Source: Candidatus Altimarinota bacterium
Lineage (GTDB): Bacteria > Patescibacteriota > Gracilibacteria > JBDHUY01
Reading direction: 5' to 3'
DNA: 64,000 nt
Assembly: GCA_039809385.1 (NCBI GenBank)
Contig: JBDHUY010000002.1
Coordinates: 32,001-96,000 of the forward strand
The notes under the pieces were generated by a model. The model did not search any database. It was not told the DNA's origin and was given only the letters and a program-made list of their open reading frames with translations. Of the stretch, positions 36,769 to 45,153 are shown in pieces. The position numbers were made by a program, and so were the translations under genes. Position 1 is the first letter of the stretch. Each line of letters starts with the position of its first letter.

Positions 36769-37773
36769 TTATAACACAGCTTTCGGAGAAATCTCCTCAA
36801 TTTTGTCCCTGGTAAACACCATGTCGTTTCTAGACAGATTCTTGGCAACACCACTCATAGTTAAGTGATCCCTCAGGTCACGTCGTACGGTGATCTGCCC
36901 TCCAATCGTAAGGATATTGACTTGTTTATAATGGTGAAATTCTTTTTGTCGAAAAATTGTTGCCGCCGTCATGGTACTGCCGGTTCCGCAAGAGGCGGTA
37001 ACATAGTAGATGCCTCGTTCGAAGGTGCAGAGATTGATATCCACGCATTTGTTTGCAGAATCAATGTTGCTGATGGCATACAGATTTAGGTTTACTTCCC
37101 GGGGAAAGAGCAATCGTTCTCGTATGAGCCTGGCTCCTAGGCTGCCGGCAAGGAATTGTAATCGTTCCAAAGATGTTCCGGCACTGATCGCTTGAACCAG
37201 ATGAGGTTCGCCGTCTTTCTCTACGATATCCGGGTTGCAAGTGAATCCCAGAGTCCATCGCCCCAATTCTGCATATCCGGTCAAAAGAATGTCTGTCAGG
37301 GTTGAAGAGCTTTGGGCAAATAACTCTTCTGAAATATATCTGCGTAAATCTTCTTTACGGAATGTGGCCTTGCCCATATGAATCGAAAAATATCCCGGTC
37401 TTTCTTTTTTCAAGGCAAGCAGACCCGAACGGGTGTGTATTTCCAATGTATTGTCGCGAGAAAAAAGCTGAAAATGCTCGTCGAGAAACTGTCCTATGGC
37501 CCGTATCCCATTCCCGCACATAGTCGACCAGGTTCCCGTTTGTCCGTCCGGCGAGACTCCGCGCGGCTCGAATACGTCCATATGAATATTTTTTGAGCTT
37601 GGGTGGCCCGATAAAACTAACATGGAGTCGACCAGGTCTTTCCCGGGCAGTTGTAACAAAAAAAGTGATACTATTTGATAGTCTATCGGTTGGCGATTTT
37701 GATAAAGATCAAGCTCCCATAAAGGAACAATCATAAATCTATTGCCGGTCGCTTCGTAAAAGTAGCTGTTCAT
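36769..37773 (-). CDS. Diaminopimelate epimerase (DapF)-fold racemase/epimerase, divergent
   Basis: ATGNRF, MCGNGIRA, GEPHLV, FPREVN, TFERG…TASCGTG; both catalytic Cys present. Confidence 0.85.
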   Translation of the reverse strand: MNSYFYEATGNRFMIVPLWELDLYQNRQPIDYQIVSLFLLQLPGKDLVDSMLVLSGHPSSKNIHMDVFEPRGVSPDGQTGTWSTMCGNGIRAIGQFLDEHFQLFSRDNTLEIHTRSGLLALKKERPGYFSIHMGKATFRKEDLRRYISEELFAQSSSTLTDILLTGYAELGRWTLGFTCNPDIVEKDGEPHLVQAISAGTSLERLQFLAGSLGARLIRERLLFPREVNLNLYAISNIDSANKCVDINLCTFERGIYYVTASCGTGSTMTAATIFRQKEFHHYKQVNILTIGGQITVRRDLRDHLTMSGVAKNLSRNDMVFTRDKIEEISPKAVL

Positions 37774-37805
37774 AGTTGTATTGGGAATAAAAAATAAAGG
37801 TAGTT

Positions 37806-38942
37806 TTATGCAGAGAATACGTCTCTATATTTTCCGTTTTCTTCCAGCAACACCGCTTTTACGATCGAGCATTTTTCTGAGTCGAAAAAGATATTTAAAA
37901 TTCTGAACGGTAAGCGGTAAGTCTGAAATTGTTCTGTGAGTTTTTTCAAGGCTTCAGCCAACCCTTTGAAGCGTCCTTGTGCATTTTCTTGTTGAATAAA
38001 ATAATGGAATGCTTGCCTGATGTTTTGACAGAGCTGGGCAGGAGCGGTTTCCTGATTTATTTTTTCCAAGGCAACTTTTTTTGCATTGTTTATTTTTGCC
38101 CTAAGTGATTGCTGCGTTGTGATCAATGTTTCCTGCGGTTTATTTTCTTGTACAAGTTGGGGCAAAATGATCTCGTTTATAAGATCGGTTGAGAATCTCG
38201 CCGCATTTTCAACATGGTTGACCCGCAGCGCCGTAAGCATGACTTGCTGGGTATTCTGTTGTTCCTGAATGAACTCGCTGGGGTGAACGATTACATGAGT
38301 ACCGCTTCCTTTGGAAAGCTGAAATACGCTGTCCAATAACGGGCAGTTGAGCATTCCCGAAGCTTTGCGTAAAAGCGGTTGTTTTCCGCCCCGCAAAACC
38401 AGCTCGCCATTTTCTTTTTGGCGAATCAGACCGCTTTGCTCAAATAATTGCAGCAGGTATCTTCCTCCTTGCAGCATATCCGATTCATTGCGAGTCCGGT
38501 CAAAAGGGAAGGGCATTTGCGATTGAAATTCATGGAACGGTATCCTCTGTTCACTGACGGTGTATTCGTCGTATAGTCCGTGATGCTCAATCTTTGTGCC
38601 TCCTTGTATGAGCATGTTATAGATGCGTAGCAATATGGAATGAATGCCAATTTCATGATCAATATCCCAGTCCCGGTCGGCATATAAAGGTGTTCCTTCC
38701 AGTGTTATTTTCTGTTCTTTGAGCTCGCCGAGATAGCTATGGATTTGCTCCAGGGCTTGTTCATTAGCGGGATTGGCGAGAAATGCCGATTCAACCCTGT
38801 CCCGCAATTCCTGGTTCAAGGATAAAAGATTACTAATAGCTGCACCTACTGATTCTCCTAGGTCTGTGGTGAGAACTGAGGCTGCTTCAGTATGAGTTGT
38901 AAGAGTACGTTCGATTGGTTCGATTGCAGTTTCCATGATCAA
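37806..38942 (-). CDS. Hypothetical 378-aa protein, first gene of the DapF-like operon
   Basis: Long ORF co-oriented with and 32 nt from the DapF-like gene; alpha/beta pattern (ITLEGTPLYAD, GLYDEY, NESDM, CPLLDSVFQ). Confidence 0.75.
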   Translation of the reverse strand: MIMETAIEPIERTLTTHTEAASVLTTDLGESVGAAISNLLSLNQELRDRVESAFLANPANEQALEQIHSYLGELKEQKITLEGTPLYADRDWDIDHEIGIHSILLRIYNMLIQGGTKIEHHGLYDEYTVSEQRIPFHEFQSQMPFPFDRTRNESDMLQGGRYLLQLFEQSGLIRQKENGELVLRGGKQPLLRKASGMLNCPLLDSVFQLSKGSGTHVIVHPSEFIQEQQNTQQVMLTALRVNHVENAARFSTDLINEIILPQLVQENKPQETLITTQQSLRAKINNAKKVALEKINQETAPAQLCQNIRQAFHYFIQQENAQGRFKGLAEALKKLTEQFQTYRLPFRILNIFFDSEKCSIVKAVLLEENGKYRDVFSA

Positions 38943-39050
38943 ATAATCAAATAAAAAATAAGGCGTTCCCGTAATAGTCTTTTTCCAATTCGCTGTACAT
39001 TTTTGATAAAGCTTTATATATTTATATCGATATATGTTACATTTATAACA

Positions 39051-39722
39051 ATGTTAAAAATATCTGCCGAAGTAGCGGAGGTCGTGCGGAACAATACTTT
39101 TCTGGAATACGGGTTGCATCACAAACTGCTTAATTTGTCCCAGGTAGCCAGCTTTATCCGACCGTTGGTCGAAGCGCGCGTCAAAAAAGAGGTCAGCAAC
39201 AGCGCGGTACTCATGAGTCTATCTCGTTTGCAACAACTTTTTCAAAAGCAGCAACCGCAGAACGAAGGCTTTTATGTCGATCATATCACGATCCGCGGCA
39301 ATCTCTGTTCGTTTGCCTACGAACGTACTAAAAAGGTCCACCGCACCATCGACCGGGTCTATAACCAGATCCAGCAGCGCGGAGGCTCGATGGTCGTGAA
39401 CGAAGGAATGAGCACGATCAATATTATCGTAGATGCCGATTCGGTCCCCGTTGTCGCAGAAGGAATTCCCGAAAAGCCCAAAAACGTCAAAACGAACCTG
39501 GCCTCTTTGGGAGTACAGTTCGATGAAAAATTCGAGTACTTGCCCGGGTGCTTGGACGGTCTGATGCAGCAAATGAGTTTGCAGCATATCGATGTCTGCG
39601 AGATTTCGTCGACGTATACCGAGTTTGTTTTCTATCTGAACGAAAAAGATATCCCGCTGGCTTTCGATACGATCAGTGGTAGATTTTTGAAGAAACAAGC
39701 CTTTGCCCAAGCAGTAACGTGA
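39051..39722 (+). CDS. Putative regulator: N-terminal helical domain plus tandem ACT-like domains (aspartokinase regulatory type)
   Basis: LLNLSQVASFIRP…VLMSLSR N-terminus; NLASLGV…PG…IDVCEISSTYTEFVFYL ACT-like; start at 39051. Confidence 0.75.
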   Translation: MLKISAEVAEVVRNNTFLEYGLHHKLLNLSQVASFIRPLVEARVKKEVSNSAVLMSLSRLQQLFQKQQPQNEGFYVDHITIRGNLCSFAYERTKKVHRTIDRVYNQIQQRGGSMVVNEGMSTINIIVDADSVPVVAEGIPEKPKNVKTNLASLGVQFDEKFEYLPGCLDGLMQQMSLQHIDVCEISSTYTEFVFYLNEKDIPLAFDTISGRFLKKQAFAQAVT

Positions 39723-39795
39723 GGCCAATAACCACATTCTTATTTCTCCCGTAGAATGAAAAACCGTTTATTCTGGTCTGTTTTTAGCAAAAATA

Positions 39796-39824
39796 TTGAC
39801 TTTCATGGCTGATTTTCATAGAAT
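39796..39824 (+). promoter_or_regulatory. Sigma70-type promoter of rpsL-rpsG
   Basis: TTGACT-17 nt-TAGAAT. Confidence 0.75.
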
Positions 39825-39863
39825 AAGACCCGTATTTTTACTGTTTTATTTTCCATTTTTCCA

Positions 39864-40283
39864 GTGCCAACGATCAACCAACTCATCAAGAAACCCCGTA
39901 AGTCCTTAGGCCGTAAAAGTAAATCGCCGGCTCTCCAGACTACTTTTAACAGCCTGAAAAACCGGGTCGTACAATTGCGTAAAGGCAACCCGTTTAAACG
40001 CGGTGTGTGTACTCAGGTGCGTACCATGACTCCCAAAAAACCGAACTCGGCTTTGCGTAAGATCGCCAAAGTACGTCTGACCAACCAGATGGAAGTCAAC
40101 GCGTACATTCCCGGCATCGGTCATAACTTGCAGGAGCACTCGGTGGTCGTTATTCGCGGCGGACGCGTCAAGGATCTTCCGGGTATTCGTTATCATATTG
40201 TGCGCGGTATGCTCGACTGCCAGGGCGTCGCCAACCGCAAACAGGGCCGCAGCCGTTATGGCGCGAAAGTAGGAAAGAAGTAA
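39864..40283 (+). CDS. rpsL: 30S ribosomal protein S12
   Basis: [40 protein letters not shown] start. Confidence 0.99.
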   Translation: MPTINQLIKKPRKSLGRKSKSPALQTTFNSLKNRVVQLRKGNPFKRGVCTQVRTMTPKKPNSALRKIAKVRLTNQMEVNAYIPGIGHNLQEHSVVVIRGGRVKDLPGIRYHIVRGMLDCQGVANRKQGRSRYGAKVGKK

Positions 40284-40285
40284 AA

Positions 40286-40384
40286 TGGCTGTCAGCAACC
40301 AGCTATCAGCAGTCAGAAGTTCACAATGAGCAATTATAAATGTTTGTCCCCATACTTCATACATAATACTTTATACTTAATACT
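40286..40384 (+). repeat. Composite heptamer element between rpsL and rpsG
   Basis: gctgtcagcaaccagctatcagcagtcag / caattataaatg / catacttcatacataatactttatacttaatact; same order as 20175-20290. Confidence 0.85.
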
Positions 40385-40395
40385 TGTTTCCCCTC

Positions 40396-40848
40396 ATGGC
40401 TAAGAAAGCATCCATTATCCCGAGCTACAGCACTCCGCTACAGGAAAAATTCATCCGCTATATCATGCGCGAAGGCAAGATGGTCGTAGCACGCCGTATT
40501 TTTGAAGAAGCACTTCAGATCATTGCCGAAAAAGGAAAAAAAGATGCCTATCACGTCTTTGAAAAAGCTATTGAAAATGCCAGTCCGCTCATCGAAGTAC
40601 GACCCAAGCGCGTCGGAGGAGCCGTCTATCAGGTACCGGTCGAGGTACCGGCGGATAGGCAGCTGTTTATGGCTTGCCGCTGGTTGTTGTCAGGAGCCCG
40701 GAACGGCAAAGGTCAGGATATGGCTCATAAACTGGCGAACGAGATCTTACAGGCTTCGGAAGGAGCAGGAAATGCGGTAAAAAAACGCGACGACGTACAC
40801 AAGATGGCCGAAGCCAATCGTGCTTTCGCTTTCATGGCCCGGTACTAG
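40396..40848 (+). CDS. rpsG: 30S ribosomal protein S7
   Basis: KFIRYIMREGK, RVGGAVYQVPVEV, HKMAEANRAFA; ATG at 40396. Confidence 0.98.
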   Translation: MAKKASIIPSYSTPLQEKFIRYIMREGKMVVARRIFEEALQIIAEKGKKDAYHVFEKAIENASPLIEVRPKRVGGAVYQVPVEVPADRQLFMACRWLLSGARNGKGQDMAHKLANEILQASEGAGNAVKKRDDVHKMAEANRAFAFMARY

Positions 40849-40871
40849 GAAATCTTTTTTTCTTATGTAAA

Positions 40872-40907
40872 AAAAAGAGATATTGGTCAAGACCAGTATC
40901 TCTTTTT
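40872..40907 (+). terminator. Intrinsic terminator after rpsG
   Basis: aaaaagagatattggtc-aa-gaccagtatctcttttt. Confidence 0.85.
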
Positions 40908-41098
40908 GTATATTCGCTTTGCGGTAGGGTATAATTTTTGTTTTGAATGTGCGAAATACCGTGCTACTGGGATGGGAGATCCCACCAACGCTAACCAGTA
41001 ACGTCTTTGCAAGACAGAAAAGATTGCCACGGTATACCCCGAATTGATATTAGTCGGCTTTGCAGTATAGTAGAAGCATGTATATTTTTATCCACAGG

Positions 41099-42946
41099 AT
41101 GATTGTTTCCTTGTCGTTTCTACATCGGTTGATTCGAGGTATTCTGCTGTTTTTGATCTTTTTTCTGCCGCTCTTTTTCGGACATTTTTTTGATCTGTTC
41201 GGGTTGCCGGGCGACTGGTTTCATACCAATCTGATTTTTACGCTTCCCAAAGAAGTTCTTTTCGTCATCATTGTGGATATAACTGCCATCCTCTTTATCA
41301 TTTCCTGCTGGCTGTATCCTTCGCAAAAAATGATTCTTCCGGGAAGATCTCTTGCGATCCTTCTGTTGAGCTATATCGGAATCGCGGTGATTGCCACCCT
41401 TGTAAGCGATGTGCCGTTCATCAGCTTCGTGGGATCGTATGAGAAAGGGCAGGGACTGGCTATGCTCCTGCACTACGTTCTGTTTTTCGGCCTACTTCTC
41501 AATCTTTTTACCAAAACCGATCGACAACGATTATTCGGTACTGTTACTATTAGCGCGTTGCTGGTCTCTCTCTATGCGGTTTTACAAGGGCTGGGATTCG
41601 ACCCGCTGAATACAGTCTGGAATAGCTCTACTTTAAACGGCCGGGTTTTTTCGACTCTCGGACATCCCAACTATCTGGCATTATGGCTCGTTATTACATT
41701 GCCCCTCTCTTGTGCCTATTTTTTCCAGGTATTCGTTGCCAAAAAAGTTTTCGGTACTCTGGTGGCTTCGTTATCGGTACTGTTCCAAGTACTCGCGCTC
41801 TTGCTGTCTCTTTCCCGGGCGGCAGTCATTGCCCTGCTGCTAGCTGTAGTACTCGTAGCAGCGATCTACTTGTGGTTTCATGCCCGAAAACGCTGGGTGA
41901 TGATCGCTCTTGCTTTGGGAGCACTTCTTACCATAACAGTCTTCTGGAGCGGGGGAGGCGAGGCATTGCGTTTTAACGAAGCCAACAGCAGTTCTATCAA
42001 TAGCCGGCTGATATTGTGGCAGGATACCTGGCGTATGATTTCGGAACGGCCGTGGCTGGGCTATGGTTTGGACACCTATAGCGTTTTTTTCCCGCGTTTC
42101 AAATCCCGGGAATTGTTATATCTGGAAGACTGGTCGCAAAATGCCGACCGGGCCCATAATTTTATTCTCGATACCGCTCAAAGCATCGGGATAGTGGGGC
42201 TTGTAGCTTTTCTCTCCTTGCTCATCTATCTCAGTTTTCTGGGAATACGAGGACTTAAAGACCGCCAATCCAATTCCGGAGCGGCGTTCATTCTGCTCGT
42301 GACCTTCTGGGCATATCTGGGCGCGAATCTGTTTGGATTTTCGCTTCCTGTGCATGATATGTATTTTTGGCTTCTAGTAGGTTTTTTTGTCCTATTAAAC
42401 GATACCTGGAAACAAAAAAGCGTATGGAGATCGGCTCGATATCTCAGTATTCCTCTTATCGTATTGTTGCTAACCTCACTTTGGTTTTATAGCAATGTAC
42501 TGATCGCGGATCAGGCTTTTTTCCGGGCCATCGCCCGAAATGAAAAAGAGCAGCTGGCGGTGGCGGTAGAACATAATCCTTACTTTCCCGTCTATCTACT
42601 CTCCGCAGGCAAAACCGCTGGATCATATCCCCAGAGCATCTTGGATCAGTTAGCATTTATGACCCGTGGAAAAGACTATCGCTCTTTCCTCTTGGAAGCT
42701 GTGTGGTCGGAACGTAACGGAAAGGCAGAAGAAACTCGAAGTATTTTTGAACAACTTACCCGCGATTTTCCCAATGTGCCTGCTATATGGATCGAATGGG
42801 CTGCTTTCGAGAAACGGCAGAATAACTTTATCCTGTGCGCCGATGTCTTGGATCGTTTAATCGAGATTGTCGATCTTCCGTACGTATCTTCGTTTCGTCA
42901 GGTCTATCGCGAACGGGACGCGTGCAAAATAGAATATAGAAGTTAG
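41099..42946 (+). CDS. O-antigen ligase/O-oligosaccharyltransferase-like membrane protein with C-terminal TPR-like region
   Basis: About 12 TM; RVFSTLGHPNYLA, SRAA, RLILW…RPWLGYG, RAHN; start uncertain (41078 or 41099). Confidence 0.88.
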   Translation: MIVSLSFLHRLIRGILLFLIFFLPLFFGHFFDLFGLPGDWFHTNLIFTLPKEVLFVIIVDITAILFIISCWLYPSQKMILPGRSLAILLLSYIGIAVIATLVSDVPFISFVGSYEKGQGLAMLLHYVLFFGLLLNLFTKTDRQRLFGTVTISALLVSLYAVLQGLGFDPLNTVWNSSTLNGRVFSTLGHPNYLALWLVITLPLSCAYFFQVFVAKKVFGTLVASLSVLFQVLALLLSLSRAAVIALLLAVVLVAAIYLWFHARKRWVMIALALGALLTITVFWSGGGEALRFNEANSSSINSRLILWQDTWRMISERPWLGYGLDTYSVFFPRFKSRELLYLEDWSQNADRAHNFILDTAQSIGIVGLVAFLSLLIYLSFLGIRGLKDRQSNSGAAFILLVTFWAYLGANLFGFSLPVHDMYFWLLVGFFVLLNDTWKQKSVWRSARYLSIPLIVLLLTSLWFYSNVLIADQAFFRAIARNEKEQLAVAVEHNPYFPVYLLSAGKTAGSYPQSILDQLAFMTRGKDYRSFLLEAVWSERNGKAEETRSIFEQLTRDFPNVPAIWIEWAAFEKRQNNFILCADVLDRLIEIVDLPYVSSFRQVYRERDACKIEYRS

Positions 42947-42956
42947 GAGCTAGAAT

Positions 42957-43862
42957 CTAGGATCTTTCGACTTCTTCTAAAAAGTTTCCCAATGTTACCA
43001 TATACTGTTCTGCTTCCTCCACATGGGCCATATGACCGCTGTTTTCAAAAATAACCGCCCGGGAGTTCTCAATTCCGTTCGTAATCGTTTCGATGATCAA
43101 CGGGGTCGCTTCGTCAAAAGCTCCGGCTGTGAGCAAAGCAGGGAGGCGAACTTCGGAAAGCCGGGCTGTAATATCCCAATCCCGCAGCGTGCCGGTGGCA
43201 AAGAACTCGCTAGGACCCCACATGGTATAGTACACCTCGGGATTTTGCATCAATTTTTCAAACGTACGTGTCAGCGATTCCGGCCAGGGATTCATACGAC
43301 AAATGTGTTTCGTATAAAAGACCATCATGGCTTCCTGGTACTCGGGACTCTCGGTGGTTCCGGCGGCCTCGTGGTTGATCAACACAGCTTGTACCTCGGC
43401 CGGCAATTCGGATCTCAAGCGGGTGGCTTCCCGTATCCATAAGGGGATACTGGAGACCGAGCTGGCAAGCGTCAGGCTCTTTATGCCCGTTTTTTTGCTC
43501 AAAAGGTATTCGAGAGCCAGCATCCCACCCCACGAGTGTCCAAAGAGGTGGACATTTTCCATATGGAGCTGTTTCAACAGATTGGAGAGCTCGTCGACAA
43601 ACAGGGAGATCGTCCAGAGCGCGGGATCGTGCGGCTGATCCGAGTTCCCGCAGCCCAGTTGATCGTAAAAAATAACCTGACGGCCTGTGGCCGCAATGGC
43701 TTCGAGCGGTTCCAAATAATCGTGCGGACATCCCGGTCCCCCGTGGAGGCAGACCAAGGGTAATTTTCGTTCGTCGCTTTGTTCGCCGACGATCCGGTAC
43801 CAGGTTTTGTATTCGCGAAAAGAGACAAATCCCTCAGTTGCGGGAAAATCCGGATCGGTCAT
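42957..43862 (-). CDS. Proline iminopeptidase family (alpha/beta hydrolase)
   Basis: LHGGPG, YDQLGCGNS, GHSWGG, SGHMAH. Confidence 0.95.
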   Translation of the reverse strand: MTDPDFPATEGFVSFREYKTWYRIVGEQSDERKLPLVCLHGGPGCPHDYLEPLEAIAATGRQVIFYDQLGCGNSDQPHDPALWTISLFVDELSNLLKQLHMENVHLFGHSWGGMLALEYLLSKKTGIKSLTLASSVSSIPLWIREATRLRSELPAEVQAVLINHEAAGTTESPEYQEAMMVFYTKHICRMNPWPESLTRTFEKLMQNPEVYYTMWGPSEFFATGTLRDWDITARLSEVRLPALLTAGAFDEATPLIIETITNGIENSRAVIFENSGHMAHVEEAEQYMVTLGNFLEEVERS

Positions 43863-44104
43863 AGAAAAAGGTGTTAGAAAACAACCAGGATTATACGCGC
43901 CTCACGGGGCTACTGCAATGTGGCCGTTTGTGTTTAAAAGCCTTCTAGCAGAGATCAAGATTTCATTATATTGATAGACGTTACGATATATTTTTTGTGT
44001 AGGATATAGAAAACCTGAATACACCGGGGATAAACAGTTTTCCGGTTGAAGTTCATACTTTCCGAGCCTACAATAGAAGACGGGTATTTTTTTCTCGTTC
44101 TTTC

Positions 44105-44818
44105 ATGAAAACTGTTCTCCACCCGGCCGCCGGTCGCGGACACGCCGTATACGACTGGCTGGATACCTACCACACCTTCAGTTTTGCCGGCTACTACGAT
44201 CCCGAGCGTGTCAACTTCGGCCTTTTGAGGGTACTGAACGACGACTTGATCCGCGGCGGTACCGGCTTTGACACCCACACACACGACAATATGGAGATAG
44301 TCACTATCCCGCTGACAGGTGGACTGCGACACAAGGACAGTACAGGGAGCGAAGGGGAGACCAAAAGCGGAGAAATACAAGCCATGAGCGCGGGAATCGG
44401 GGTGACGCATTCGGAAATGAATGCTTCCGGAACCGAGGATTGTAATTTTTTGCAAATCTGGATTTTGCCGCAGGAAAAGGATATTTTGCCGCGCTACCAG
44501 CAAAAGTCATTTGACGCTGCCAAACGACAGAATCGCTTCCAGGAAGTGGTTTCTCCCAAGCATGAAAACCCCGATACCCTGTGGATCAACCAGCAGGCTT
44601 ATTTTTCGCTCGCAGATCTGGAAATCGATACCGAGATCTCCTATCATCTGCACATTCCGACTCACGGAGTATATCTGTTTGTCATCGAAGGATCACTGCG
44701 GATCGGTGATAAAGCTCTTACTCGAGGTGACGGAATGGGAATATGGGATATTTCCGACATTACAATCCGGGCGCTTGAGAAAACCAACCTCTTGCTGATG
44801 GAAGTTCCTATGGAATAA
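44105..44818 (+). CDS. Pirin family protein (YhhW-like)
   Basis: HTFSFAGYYDP, LRVLNDD, HTHDNMEI, MSAGIGVTHSE, LQIWI. Confidence 0.96.
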   Translation: MKTVLHPAAGRGHAVYDWLDTYHTFSFAGYYDPERVNFGLLRVLNDDLIRGGTGFDTHTHDNMEIVTIPLTGGLRHKDSTGSEGETKSGEIQAMSAGIGVTHSEMNASGTEDCNFLQIWILPQEKDILPRYQQKSFDAAKRQNRFQEVVSPKHENPDTLWINQQAYFSLADLEIDTEISYHLHIPTHGVYLFVIEGSLRIGDKALTRGDGMGIWDISDITIRALEKTNLLLMEVPME

Positions 44819-45153
44819 GCGGACACCTTCAGTTAATTCTACAGACTGGTCTTAATGATGATAGAAACATTAAATTCCAAAGAATCGAAATACGAAGGAA
44901 TCCACTGTGGCAGGCGAATATCGAATGGTGCAGGTTACTGATTAAATATTCCTCCACCCTTTTCATAAAACGCAGCATATACGCGTTCCAAACTCTAAAA
45001 AATATCTTAAAAATTTGGACAAAATCCCGCGTTGCAAAGAAGTGTCTTCCTTGTATTCTTTCTTTTTTTATTGTAAAATAATATTGACGCAAATTCTGAC
45101 TTTCGACAAAACGACAGAAATAGCAAACATATACCAAAAATACACAACCAAAC

